The notes under the pieces: model-generated
The model's input: the letters and a program-made list of their open reading frames with translations, nothing else
Databases searched by the model: none
What the model was told of the DNA's origin: nothing
Program-made: the position numbers and the translations under genes
NCBI GenBank assembly: GCA_964641375.1
Contig: CAZXMN010000001.1
Location: 2,185-66,184 of the forward strand
Length of the DNA: 64,000 bases
Reading direction: 5' to 3'
From: an uncultured Candidatus Saccharibacteria bacterium
GTDB lineage: Bacteria > Patescibacteriota > CPR2 > UBA1875 > CAIMLA01
Shown: positions 10,163 through 18,805 of the stretch, in pieces
Layout of the letters: each line of letters begins with the position of its first letter
How positions within the stretch are numbered: position 1 is the first letter of the stretch

Positions 10163-10683
10163 CCCTACAAGAACAAGCCGAAAAAATAATTACCGATTTG
10201 AAATTAGTAGAGTTACTAAGCGTATTCGGTGAAACACATGTTGTTGGTAGTATTGCATTTGGCACGACAACAAAACCCGACATAGACATACAAGTCTATG
10301 CGGCCGGACATTATGAAAATATTTCTAGTGATATCATAAGTAAGCTTTCCGAGATTGGGCTTACTGATATTAAGGAGCGTCGGCTCAAAAAGAGTAAAAA
10401 ATACCTTATTACTGGTAAACTTCAATCTGAAGATTTAGTGTGGGATATTGACATCACCCTGACTCAACCAGACGCTCGCTATATTCGTGATTCCTATCAT
10501 TTCTATCTGGATTACTTTCCAAAAATGACTGATGAAAAGAGAGAGAAAATTATTAAATTCAAAAATGAGTTCGCAGACAATAAGGTAACAGGTGATAATT
10601 CAGCCTTTTACATCTATATTGGAGTCCTAGACAAAGATATCAAATCCACTGAAGCAATGAAGGAGTATCTGAAGACATTATGA
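10159..10683 (+). CDS. Hypothetical protein with minimal nucleotidyltransferase-like motif
   Basis: A GS...DIDIQV motif resembles the Pol-beta superfamily nucleotidyltransferase signature. No further identification. Confidence 0.4.
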   Translation: MTLQEQAEKIITDLKLVELLSVFGETHVVGSIAFGTTTKPDIDIQVYAAGHYENISSDIISKLSEIGLTDIKERRLKKSKKYLITGKLQSEDLVWDIDITLTQPDARYIRDSYHFYLDYFPKMTDEKREKIIKFKNEFADNKVTGDNSAFYIYIGVLDKDIKSTEAMKEYLKTL

Positions 10684-11363
10684 TTAAAGCCGTTTTTTTT
10701 GATGCCATCAAGACGATCTTTGACCCACAACCTAGTGAGGTTGAATTACATAGAAAAGTCCTTGAGAAAGTTACTGGACGTAGTATCGATGAGACAGAGT
10801 TAGAACAAATTATCAAACAGGCTATTACGGAAACGGAAAAGCTAGATATAGTCAAAACCAATGGTTTGCAGCAATGGGAATACTATCCAAATAAGGTCGC
10901 AGAACTCATTGGCTGTGAAAAGTCTGAATGTAAAAATGTTGGAGACCAATTACGTTTCGAGACCTGGGGTAATCCAGATAATTACAAACTATTCGACGAT
11001 GTTTTACCAACCTTAAAAACATTGAAAGAACATGGAATATATGTGGCTTGCGTGTCTAATGAAGATGGTTGGCTGAGTAAATTTTTTGATCATTTCGGGA
11101 TCAGTGAATACTTTCAATTTATCATAACTTCACAGGAAATTGGTTTTGAAAAACCAGACTCAAGAGTTTTTCACGCTGCACTTATCAAGACGGAATTTGC
11201 TCAAAATGAAGTTCTCTTCGTAGGCGACAGTGAGGTAAGTGATTACCAGGGCTCTCTGAGTGCTGGAATGATGCCACTGCTTATTGACAGAGACCACAAA
11301 AACCACGATGATAATATAGTTAAAATTGATAATCTCGAAAGAGTTTTGGAGTATATAAAATGA
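10680..11363 (+). CDS. HAD-superfamily hydrolase
   Basis: N-terminal FFDAIKT motif and C-terminal VGDSEVSDYQG motif typical of HAD hydrolases. Confidence 0.6.
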   Translation: MIKAVFFDAIKTIFDPQPSEVELHRKVLEKVTGRSIDETELEQIIKQAITETEKLDIVKTNGLQQWEYYPNKVAELIGCEKSECKNVGDQLRFETWGNPDNYKLFDDVLPTLKTLKEHGIYVACVSNEDGWLSKFFDHFGISEYFQFIITSQEIGFEKPDSRVFHAALIKTEFAQNEVLFVGDSEVSDYQGSLSAGMMPLLIDRDHKNHDDNIVKIDNLERVLEYIK

Positions 11364-12037
11364 TTAATGGACCTATTTTGCCAGTTATACTGATCACCGG
11401 TTTTCTAAATAGCTTCAACCCTTGCGCGATTTCGCTCCTACTTATCTATATATCAATGATGTTCACCTTACAGAAAGATCGCAAGGAAATATTTGCGTTT
11501 GGTTTAACATATGTAATATCTATTTATTTGACATATTTATTTATCGGCTTAGGACTTTTACGAGCCGGGACGCTGATTACTTCATATCCAATTAGCAAAA
11601 TTGGAGCTGTACTCGTGATTATCTTTGGTCTTCTGAATATCAAAGAATACTTTTTTCCAAATGCGCCTTTCAGTATTCGCATCCCACTGAAAGTCCGTGC
11701 AATAGTTGGTAAGTATGCATATCAGGCAACGGTTCTGTCAGCGGCTATCGTTGGTGTACTCATCGGATTATTCGAATTCCCATGTTCTGGCGCAATTTAT
11801 CTTGCTATTGTTTCTTTATTATCAACAAAAACTAGCTTTTTTGTCGGGTTACTATATCTGTTACTCTATAATCTGATGTTTGTTCTTCCTCTGATTTTTA
11901 TCTTCGTAGCTGCTACAAATAAGCTTACTACAGAGAAATTTATCAATCTTCAAGAGAAGCACGGTCGCAAGCTTCACCTCTTTTTGGCCCTCGTCATGAT
12001 AGTCCTAGGTGGAGTTATCCTTTACTTAGTGCGATAA
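11360..12037 (+). CDS. CcdA/DsbD-family transmembrane thiol-disulfide transporter
   Basis: Polytopic membrane protein with paired Cys motifs (FNPCAIS and EFPCSGA), as in the CcdA/DsbD transmembrane domain. Confidence 0.6.
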   Translation: MINGPILPVILITGFLNSFNPCAISLLLIYISMMFTLQKDRKEIFAFGLTYVISIYLTYLFIGLGLLRAGTLITSYPISKIGAVLVIIFGLLNIKEYFFPNAPFSIRIPLKVRAIVGKYAYQATVLSAAIVGVLIGLFEFPCSGAIYLAIVSLLSTKTSFFVGLLYLLLYNLMFVLPLIFIFVAATNKLTTEKFINLQEKHGRKLHLFLALVMIVLGGVILYLVR

Positions 12038-12062
12038 ATTGCACATAGGGTTATAATATTTA

Positions 12063-12090
12063 AGGAGAGTAATATCTCCTTTTTATTTTC
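12063..12090 (+). terminator. Terminator after ccdA-like gene
   Basis: AGGAGA/TCTCCT stem followed by TTTTATTTT. Confidence 0.5.
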
Positions 12091-12108
12091 CGTTACCAGC
12101 TAAACTAC

Positions 12109-12137
12109 TTGACAATTTTCAGATATTATGATATTAT
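12109..12137 (+). promoter_or_regulatory. Sigma70-like promoter (TTGACA-N17-TATTAT) upstream of GC-rich cassette A
   Basis: Consensus -35 and a 5/6 -10 seen in sequence, in AT-rich DNA. Confidence 0.5.
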
Positions 12138-12186
12138 GACCAGTCAACTCGAACTTAGGTTCAAGATGACTTGCACCTTACCATTC

Positions 12187-12216
12187 ACAATATTCGCAAC
12201 CGGTCGCGAATATTGT
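12187..12216. promoter_or_regulatory. 30 bp perfect palindrome (operator-like) ACAATATTCGC-aaccggtc-GCGAATATTGT
   Basis: 11 bp perfect inverted arms with 8 bp spacer, between the promoter and the RBS of cassette A. Confidence 0.5.
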
Positions 12217-12257
12217 TGCATACCCATCAGAAATCGACCCGGAAGGGGGTCCTCATC

Positions 12258-13196
12258 GTGAGCGATGAGAGCACGGTGGTTGTGCCCGATCCGGGCCAGC
12301 CCGCAGTAACGACGGTGGAGACAAGGCCTTTCTACAAGACCGACAGAGGAATAGTGACGATTATCGTCGCTGCCCTCGTTGTTCTTGCGGCACTGGCGGC
12401 GTTCATAGTCGTCGTAACGTTCGTGATCTACACGCTCAGCTCCCAGTTCAACCCGGCGAACATCGCTGGGAAGATGGAAGCACCGCCCGCGAACCCAGGT
12501 CCAGCCTACTCCTTCGGAGTCAGAAGCTGGACCCAGTTCAAGACGGCTGCTGACGCACTGGACACGGACACAGTCGAAGGGAACATCATGTATGATTCCC
12601 TCCACGAACTCCATCCAGAGCAAGGCGACATCCGACAGGCCGTTGCAGCAATGGTTGCGCTCGAGAAGTCGGGCAAGACCTACCTGTATACCGCTCCCAA
12701 GGGCGCCGCTTTCATCAACACCGACTACAAGGTCGTTGGGGACAGCAAGCTGGGCTACCGTTTCTTCGAAGACGTGACCAAGAACAACACTACGGAGTTC
12801 CTGAAGTTCGCCGACGGAACGGTTGCCGTGAAGGCAGGATGTGCTAACGCCGTCCGCTTCCACAAGAGCGTGCCGTCTACCAAGAAGATCGTCTTCAGAC
12901 CTCCGGGAAAGAAGAAGCCCCCCACGAAGTGTGACAACAACACGGGCCAGTACAAGAAGTACGCCAGGCAAGACCCTCGCAAGAACGTCGGCAAAACCGT
13001 CGGCTACAAGCGCGGCAATGCCGAAACAGTCAGTAAGCGGCAGCAAGGTGAACCCAAGGGTGGGACAGACCCCACCCCAAGCGGTACACCTGGCACTGGT
13101 TCTGGCGGTACGACACCTGGTGGTAGCGGGAGCGGATCTCCTGCACCCAACCCTGGCTCTGGCCAGACAATCGGTGGCACCGTGCCACACCCATAG
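12258..13196 (+). CDS. GC-rich foreign-looking gene: single-pass membrane protein with extracellular domain and Gly/Thr/Pro-rich C-terminal tail
   Basis: GTG start with GGAAGGGGG RBS. The region is about 60% GC against a 40% backbone. It has an N-terminal TM helix (IVTIIVAALVVLAALAAFIVVV) and a C-terminal low-complexity GTPGTGSGGTTPGG tail. The overlapping antisense ORF is judged a GC artefact. Confidence 0.6.
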   Translation: MSDESTVVVPDPGQPAVTTVETRPFYKTDRGIVTIIVAALVVLAALAAFIVVVTFVIYTLSSQFNPANIAGKMEAPPANPGPAYSFGVRSWTQFKTAADALDTDTVEGNIMYDSLHELHPEQGDIRQAVAAMVALEKSGKTYLYTAPKGAAFINTDYKVVGDSKLGYRFFEDVTKNNTTEFLKFADGTVAVKAGCANAVRFHKSVPSTKKIVFRPPGKKKPPTKCDNNTGQYKKYARQDPRKNVGKTVGYKRGNAETVSKRQQGEPKGGTDPTPSGTPGTGSGGTTPGGSGSGSPAPNPGSGQTIGGTVPHP

Positions 13197-13212
13197 ACCG
13201 GTAGCTGCTGGA

Positions 13213-13248
13213 GGCGGCCCGATAGGCGTACATCGCCATCGGGCCGCC
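13213..13248 (+). terminator. GC-rich hairpin after cassette A (GGCGGCCCGAT...ATCGGGCCGCC)
   Basis: 11 bp perfect stem. No strong U-tract. Confidence 0.45.
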
Positions 13249-13322
13249 CCAGCGGATTCAAATTTTGTATAATGCCCAAAATAGTTAATAAAGTAAAAAA
13301 CAATTCTCGAAGGGAGAAAAGT

Positions 13323-14483
13323 ATGAAAAAAATGTTTAAAAAATCAAAAGTATTACTCGTATACTTATTTGCCGTGCTTTTTGGATTAAGCACAGCAGTA
13401 ATGGCAGCCTCGACTGCCGTCCCAGTTGGTGGCTCAGAACTACAGGCCACTTTGAAGGTTGCAAACTCAACAGCCGGTACAGACTACGAGCAGTCTGTGT
13501 CAGCAAAAGTCGATGATGTCGCCAAATACGAGATTTGGTTCCACAACAACGAAAACGAGAACTCGGGTAAAAATATCGATGACCTTAATATCAAGGTGAC
13601 TTTACCAACAGATCAATCAACATCCCACACCGCCAATCTATCAATTGGTGGAGAAAACTCAAACAAGATTACTGACAGCGCTACTGTAACGACCGAAATT
13701 CCAACATCAATGCAATTCATTGCGGGTACTGTCTATCGTAGATATAACACTGGCACGAATGCTGATCCGGATTGGGTAACCGAAAAGATTACTGATGCTG
13801 TTGTTAATGGTAATGGCTTCACGATTGCTTCTCTGAAACCTTGCTACAACTTCCAAGAAACTATTACATTCCAAGCTCGCGTAATGGCCCCTGTTGTTTC
13901 AATTGTTAAACAGGTTAAAGTAAAAGGTTCTAGTACCTGGGCAACAGAAATTAACGCTAATCCCGGAGATACGCTAACCTACTTGATAGGATTCAAGAAC
14001 GAAGGTAACGTCACACTTGATAATCTTATTATCAGAGACAATTTACCTGAAGGTCTAACCTATGTTAATGGTAGCACGAGTATTACCAATACTTTGTATC
14101 CAAATGGGGTACAAGGAACCGATGATGTTACAAAAGGTGGATTAATTATCGGAAACTTCCTACCGGGTTCAAACGGCTACGTAAGCTTTGATGTAAAAAT
14201 TCCAACCACTGTAAGCGTTTGTGGTAATAAGACATACACCAATGTTGGCGTAGTCAAAGCTGACGAAATTGGCGAGTTTTATAACACAGCCAAAACAACC
14301 GTCAATTTCCCTTGTAAAGTTCCAACTCCTCCAGTTGTAACACCTCCATCTAACCCGCTCCCAACCTCTGGACCGGTTGAGTCGGCCACGGGTGCATTCG
14401 GACTTACAGCCGCTGGTGGTGCCGGATTCGCTTGGCTGAAGAGCAAAAAAGCTTTACTATCAGCTCTCAAGAAAATTAAATAA
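13323..14483 (+). CDS. Secreted DUF11-repeat surface protein with C-terminal sortase-type sorting signal (candidate)
   Basis: RBS AAGGGAGAAAAGT plus ATG. Signal peptide present. A DUF11-like repeat (NPGDTLTYLIGFKNEGNVTLDNLIIRDNLPEGLTYVNGS) is present. The C-terminus has LPTSG, a hydrophobic stretch and KSKK. Confidence 0.6.
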   Translation: MKKMFKKSKVLLVYLFAVLFGLSTAVMAASTAVPVGGSELQATLKVANSTAGTDYEQSVSAKVDDVAKYEIWFHNNENENSGKNIDDLNIKVTLPTDQSTSHTANLSIGGENSNKITDSATVTTEIPTSMQFIAGTVYRRYNTGTNADPDWVTEKITDAVVNGNGFTIASLKPCYNFQETITFQARVMAPVVSIVKQVKVKGSSTWATEINANPGDTLTYLIGFKNEGNVTLDNLIIRDNLPEGLTYVNGSTSITNTLYPNGVQGTDDVTKGGLIIGNFLPGSNGYVSFDVKIPTTVSVCGNKTYTNVGVVKADEIGEFYNTAKTTVNFPCKVPTPPVVTPPSNPLPTSGPVESATGAFGLTAAGGAGFAWLKSKKALLSALKKIK

Positions 14484-14491
14484 TCACAAAA

Positions 14492-14516
14492 AGAGCCCCG
14501 CAAGGGCTCTTTTTTG
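14492..14516 (+). terminator. Rho-independent terminator
   Basis: AGAGCCC/GGGCTCT stem plus TTTTTT. Confidence 0.75.
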
Positions 14517-14532
14517 ATGTATAATTGTCCTC

Positions 14533-15618
14533 ATGAACGATATCAAAGAGAGACTGAAAAACTTATCAGAAAGACTCGAAAAGGCCTTTGCTATTTTGAA
14601 TTTGGAAAAGGATAGAACAGAGCTTGCGGAGCTTGAGACACAATCAACGAAAGAAGATTTCTGGAATGATTCAGACGCTGCCCAAGAAACGATGCAGCAG
14701 ATAGGTAACATCAGAAACAGACTAGAAGCCTGGGATACTATTACTAAAAGTATTAATGACCTCGCTGAACTTGCTGGCGATACAGACGAACAGGACACTG
14801 AAATGATGGGCGAGATTGTGGCAAACCTCGAAGAACTTGAAAAAAAGTTCGAGGGACTTGAATTCGAACTTCTATTTTCCGGGCCACATGATTCTGAAAA
14901 TGCTATTGTATCTATCAGCGCGGGTAGCGGTGGCACTGACGCCCAAGACTGGGCCGAGATGCTCCTCACTATGTATTTGAAGTTTGCAGAAAAACACAAT
15001 TTTACGGTGTCTCTACTGGACCGAGCAGACGGTGAAGAAGCCGGCATCAAGGGAGCAACGATCGAGATAAAAGGGGATCATGCCTTCGGATATCTGAAGA
15101 GCGAACATGGCGTCCATAGACTGGTCCGCATTTCGCCTTACGACGCCGCCAAAGCAAGGCATACATCTTTTGCGCTAGTGGAGGTTACTCCCGAAATGAA
15201 AGAGATCGACTATAACCTGGATGAAAATGATCTGAGAATCGATACCTTCCGCTCCGGCGGTCACGGCGGACAAAGCGTCAACACCACTGATTCAGCCGTC
15301 CGTATCACTCACATCCCAACTGGCCTTACTGCCACATGTCAAAACGAGCGTAGTCAGTTGCAGAATAAAGAAATGGCTATGAAAGTGCTCAAATCGAAGC
15401 TTGCCATATATGAAGAGCAGAAACAAGCTGAAGAATTCGCGGTCCTGAAAGGGGAGAATGTTCCCGCTGCTTGGGGCAATCAGATCCGCTCATACGTGCT
15501 CCAACCTTATACCCTCGTCAAAGATCACAGAACAAATTATGAGACTGGAGACGTCCAAAAAGTCCTAAATGGCTACATTGACGAATTTATCGAAGCCTAT
15601 CTCAGAAAACAAGCATAA
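14533..15618 (+). CDS. prfB: Peptide chain release factor 2 (single intact ORF, no programmed frameshift)
   Basis: GGQ motif (SGGHGGQSVN). RF2-type region RISPYDAAKARHTSFA, with SPY in place of SPF. Strong overall similarity to RF2. Confidence 0.85.
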   Translation: MNDIKERLKNLSERLEKAFAILNLEKDRTELAELETQSTKEDFWNDSDAAQETMQQIGNIRNRLEAWDTITKSINDLAELAGDTDEQDTEMMGEIVANLEELEKKFEGLEFELLFSGPHDSENAIVSISAGSGGTDAQDWAEMLLTMYLKFAEKHNFTVSLLDRADGEEAGIKGATIEIKGDHAFGYLKSEHGVHRLVRISPYDAAKARHTSFALVEVTPEMKEIDYNLDENDLRIDTFRSGGHGGQSVNTTDSAVRITHIPTGLTATCQNERSQLQNKEMAMKVLKSKLAIYEEQKQAEEFAVLKGENVPAAWGNQIRSYVLQPYTLVKDHRTNYETGDVQKVLNGYIDEFIEAYLRKQA

Positions 15619-15685
15619 AAAAACTTTTGCTAGCGCTTGACCCGAATCCCAAATTCGCCTAGAATAGATACGAAGAGAGGGACAA

Positions 15686-16378
15686 TTGATTTATTTCGAG
15701 AAGGTATCCAAGATTTACAAGCAGGTTGAGGGCGGCACATCAGAAGCTCTCAAAAATGTAACCTTACATATAAAACCAAGTGAATTTGTCATAGTCGTCG
15801 GTGCATCTGGCGCCGGTAAATCAACTCTTATTAAACTTATTAACCGAGAAATAAGGCCAGACAAAGGCAAGATATTTGTCGGTGGTCTAGATTATTCAGA
15901 ACTTAAGAAACGCGATATTCCATACCTTCGTCGCAAAATCGGCGTTGTTTTTCAGGATTATAAGCTTCTACCGAAGAAAACTGTTTTTGAGAACGTCGGT
16001 TATGCCCTAGAAGTAGCCGGCATCAGACCAAAAGAAATCAAGGAACGTGTGCCGAAGATTCTCGACCTTGTTGGTCTCTCAACAAAAATTAATTGCTTTC
16101 CTAGGGAGCTCTCTGGTGGCGAAAGGCAACGTGTTGCCATCGCTCGCGCCCTAGTTCATCAACCTCGCATTTTGATAGCTGACGAACCAACGGGCAATCT
16201 AGATCCAAAAACATCGTGGGAGATCGTCGAGATTTTGCAGAAGATTAATCAGCTTGGTACTACAATCATTATGACAACTCACAATTCTCATATCGTGAAT
16301 AAGTTAAAAAAGAGAGTTATCAAACTCAGTGACGGTAAAGTTGTTTCAGATGAACAGATGGGGAGGTACGAAGCCTAA
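15686..16378 (+). CDS. ftsE: Cell division ATP-binding protein FtsE
   Basis: Walker A GASGAGKST, ABC signature LSGGERQRVAIARAL, about 230 aa. TTG start. Confidence 0.9.
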   Translation: MIYFEKVSKIYKQVEGGTSEALKNVTLHIKPSEFVIVVGASGAGKSTLIKLINREIRPDKGKIFVGGLDYSELKKRDIPYLRRKIGVVFQDYKLLPKKTVFENVGYALEVAGIRPKEIKERVPKILDLVGLSTKINCFPRELSGGERQRVAIARALVHQPRILIADEPTGNLDPKTSWEIVEILQKINQLGTTIIMTTHNSHIVNKLKKRVIKLSDGKVVSDEQMGRYEA

Positions 16379-17289
16379 TGCATTCATTTATACGTATGAT
16401 AAAATCCGGTTTCTCGAGCTTCATCCGCAACGGCTGGCTTTCTGTCGCTTCTATCACTGTGATGGTACTGACACTGCTTACACTGTCTATATTTTTCATT
16501 CTCAACATTGTTTTAAACACCGGCATTAAAACTATTCAAGACAAGATCGATATCTCAGTTTATTTGAACGACAACATCCAACAAAGCCAGGTTATTGATC
16601 TACAGAATAATCTTGCCGGCATGAGTGAAGTCAAATCCATAAACTACATATCAAAGGACGAAGCACTTACTAAGTTCAAAGAACAAAACAAAGATAATCA
16701 GAAACTACTTGATTCTATAAATGGCATCGACAACTCCTTGCCGGCCAGTCTAGAAATCAAAGTTTATGACCCCGGCAAGTTAGATAAGATCACAACTGTT
16801 ATTGATGCTGCAGTCTATAAACCAATAGTTATGAAGATAAGCTACCAACAGAACAAAGAGATTATCGACAAACTTTTTCGAGCAACGAATATTACGAGAC
16901 AAATCGGAATTATTATTACAATTGCTTTCACACTAGTATCACTCATCATTATCTTTAACACTGTTCGTATTGCTATTTTCTCCAGGATGGAAGAGATAGA
17001 GATTATGAAACTTGTCGGGGCCACGCCAGGTTTCATTAAGGGGCCATTTTTGATAGAAGGAACACTTTATGGCATCATAGCCACATTGATTTCGATGCTT
17101 ATTCTTTCCTCGATTCTATACTTCGCTGCACCAGCAGTCGCCAACTACATCGGCGGAGTAGGTGATAGTATCTCCAATTTCCTCCGAGACAACATCCTAG
17201 AAGTTTTGCTCATCCAACTCGGGGTCGGTATCTTTATCGGTGTCTTCTCTAGCTGGCTCGCAATCCGAAAACATCTCAGATTCAACTAA
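16378..17289 (+). CDS. ftsX: Cell division permease FtsX
   Basis: 303 aa with 4 TM helices and a large extracellular loop. Immediately follows ftsE, with GGGAGGT RBS. Confidence 0.9.
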   Translation: MHSFIRMIKSGFSSFIRNGWLSVASITVMVLTLLTLSIFFILNIVLNTGIKTIQDKIDISVYLNDNIQQSQVIDLQNNLAGMSEVKSINYISKDEALTKFKEQNKDNQKLLDSINGIDNSLPASLEIKVYDPGKLDKITTVIDAAVYKPIVMKISYQQNKEIIDKLFRATNITRQIGIIITIAFTLVSLIIIFNTVRIAIFSRMEEIEIMKLVGATPGFIKGPFLIEGTLYGIIATLISMLILSSILYFAAPAVANYIGGVGDSISNFLRDNILEVLLIQLGVGIFIGVFSSWLAIRKHLRFN

Positions 17290-17476
17290 TCGTCCCGGTC
17301 ATCCTGAGTCGGAACGAAGGGTCCAGGACCCAAATCCTAGATTCTTCACTCGGTTCAGAATGACGAGTAGTAAATCGACTGTCGTTCCGGCCCTCCCTTT
17401 CATTCCTGCGAATGCAGGGATCCACGTGGATCCCCGTGACAAGCACGAGGATGACAACGAGAGAAAACACCCAATA
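17290..17476. other. GC-richer, palindrome-dense noncoding block (candidate structured RNA or foreign remnant)
   Basis: About 53% GC against a 40% backbone. It contains GGGTCCAGGACCC, CCTGCgaatGCAGG, the perfect 16 bp palindrome GGATCCACGTGGATCC, and long-range complementarity CGGAACGA / TCGTTCCG. No credible ORF. Confidence 0.3.
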
Positions 17477-17512
17477 TTGACACATTCTTTCATAAATATG
17501 TTATAATACCCA
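17477..17512 (+). promoter_or_regulatory. Promoter with extended -10 (TTGACA ... TGtTATAAT) for the hydrolase gene
   Basis: Seen in sequence directly upstream of RBS AAGGAGGG. Confidence 0.5.
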
Positions 17513-17522
17513 AGGAGGGTAA

Positions 17523-18746
17523 ATGCACCGCCAGTATAAGGAATCCCAAAAAGCCAAAAAATCTATGTTTAAAAGAATGATAAAACCATCATTAGTGTTG
17601 GTTTTATTTGTTTATACAATTTGTGCGACATTTTCATACCCAATGCCAACAAAAGCAGACTCGAATGTCGATCAGCTTTTGCAACAAAATCAGCAATATC
17701 AACAACAGCTAAATTCACTATATGCTCAACAAAATTCTCTTGCTAACCAGATCGCAATTGCAAACACACAGGCTGCTGCAATTCAATCGCAAATAAATTT
17801 AACATCCGCTCAACTTCAAGATGTAAACAACCAAATAGATAAGACTAATCAAGATATTACGGCGGCACAGGCTAATCTGGACAAACAGAAAGTGCTGCTT
17901 GGTGAGTATATAAAGACCATGTATGTTAATAGTCAAACCTCACAAATCGAGTTAATTCTTACCTCATCAAGTTTTTCAGACTTCGTTGACCAGAGTCAAT
18001 ACCTCGACTCCATGACACAGCAAGTCCAAAATACGACTAATCAAATCGAAAGCTTAAAGAAGGATCTAGATTCTAAGAAGAAAGACCTTCTAACTCAGCA
18101 AGACAAAATCAATTCTTTATTGGCCTCACAAACTGATCAAAAATCGGCCCTAAACGCGCAAAACGATCAAACAAGTTCTTTGCTAGCGCAATCGAAAAAT
18201 TCTGCAGCTGCAGTGTCTGGACAGATTGCAAAGAATAATTCTCAACTGAATATACTTCGAGCTATCGCATCCGGGAATACAGGCGGAGTCATCAATGGTA
18301 ACTTGATTGTCGTTAATCAATCTTTTTTCGTGAATGGAGTGGAACACTCTTATGAATCACAGAGAATGTATGGTCAGGGAGCCTATATACAAGGGAATTC
18401 TAACGCTGACGATAACTTTATTGACATGTACAACAGTGGCTGCCTAGTTACGAGTCTGGCGATGGCCTATGGAGAAACACCTGCACAAGAAGCCGCTAGA
18501 CATCGCTTTAGTTATAGTTATATGGAGGACTCTGGAGGAAGTGCAATCAGTAGTTCTGCGGCCGATAGTTTGTTAGCAAATGGCTCCCCAGTTATATTTG
18601 GGATTGACTGGAACGGAGATGGTTATGCTGATCACTACATTCTTTGTTTCGCTCACACAGACGGAAAATACTACATTGACGATCCTTATTTCGGTGCTGG
18701 CAAAGAGTATTCGTCGTCAGAGGTCGTTAAATACTTAAAACCTTAA
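17523..18746 (+). CDS. FtsEX-associated coiled-coil peptidoglycan hydrolase candidate (PcsB/CwlO/RipC analogue) with C-terminal Cys/His papain-like domain
   Basis: Signal/TM segment followed by about 200 aa Q-rich coiled coil. A C-terminal domain carries candidate catalytic Cys (NSGCLVTSLAMAYG) and His (DHYILCFAHTDG). Lies directly downstream of ftsEX. Confidence 0.55.
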   Translation: MHRQYKESQKAKKSMFKRMIKPSLVLVLFVYTICATFSYPMPTKADSNVDQLLQQNQQYQQQLNSLYAQQNSLANQIAIANTQAAAIQSQINLTSAQLQDVNNQIDKTNQDITAAQANLDKQKVLLGEYIKTMYVNSQTSQIELILTSSSFSDFVDQSQYLDSMTQQVQNTTNQIESLKKDLDSKKKDLLTQQDKINSLLASQTDQKSALNAQNDQTSSLLAQSKNSAAAVSGQIAKNNSQLNILRAIASGNTGGVINGNLIVVNQSFFVNGVEHSYESQRMYGQGAYIQGNSNADDNFIDMYNSGCLVTSLAMAYGETPAQEAARHRFSYSYMEDSGGSAISSSAADSLLANGSPVIFGIDWNGDGYADHYILCFAHTDGKYYIDDPYFGAGKEYSSSEVVKYLKP

Positions 18747-18775
18747 TTGACCTCATTAGCTGAATAGATTAGAAT

Positions 18776-18805
18776 AGTAGGCAGGGTAATGCCTACTATT
18801 TTTTT
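18776..18805 (+). terminator. Terminator hairpin plus T-run
   Basis: AGTAGGCA/TGCCTACT stem followed by ATTTTTTT. Confidence 0.6.

Noticed and set aside
12144-13190. 348 aa reverse-strand ORF across GC-rich cassette A
   Set aside because: Open frames on both strands are expected in 60% GC DNA. The + strand frame has an RBS, a plausible TM helix and a terminator hairpin, while the antisense frame is Arg/Ala-rich with no start context.
14484-15050. 188 aa Ser-rich ORF antisense to prfB
   Set aside because: Low-complexity translation lying entirely inside the well-supported RF2 gene.
17240-17506. 88 aa ORF spanning the palindrome-rich block after ftsX
   Set aside because: Overlaps the ftsX 3' end, has no RBS, and its composition is dictated by the palindromes. 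More likely noncoding.
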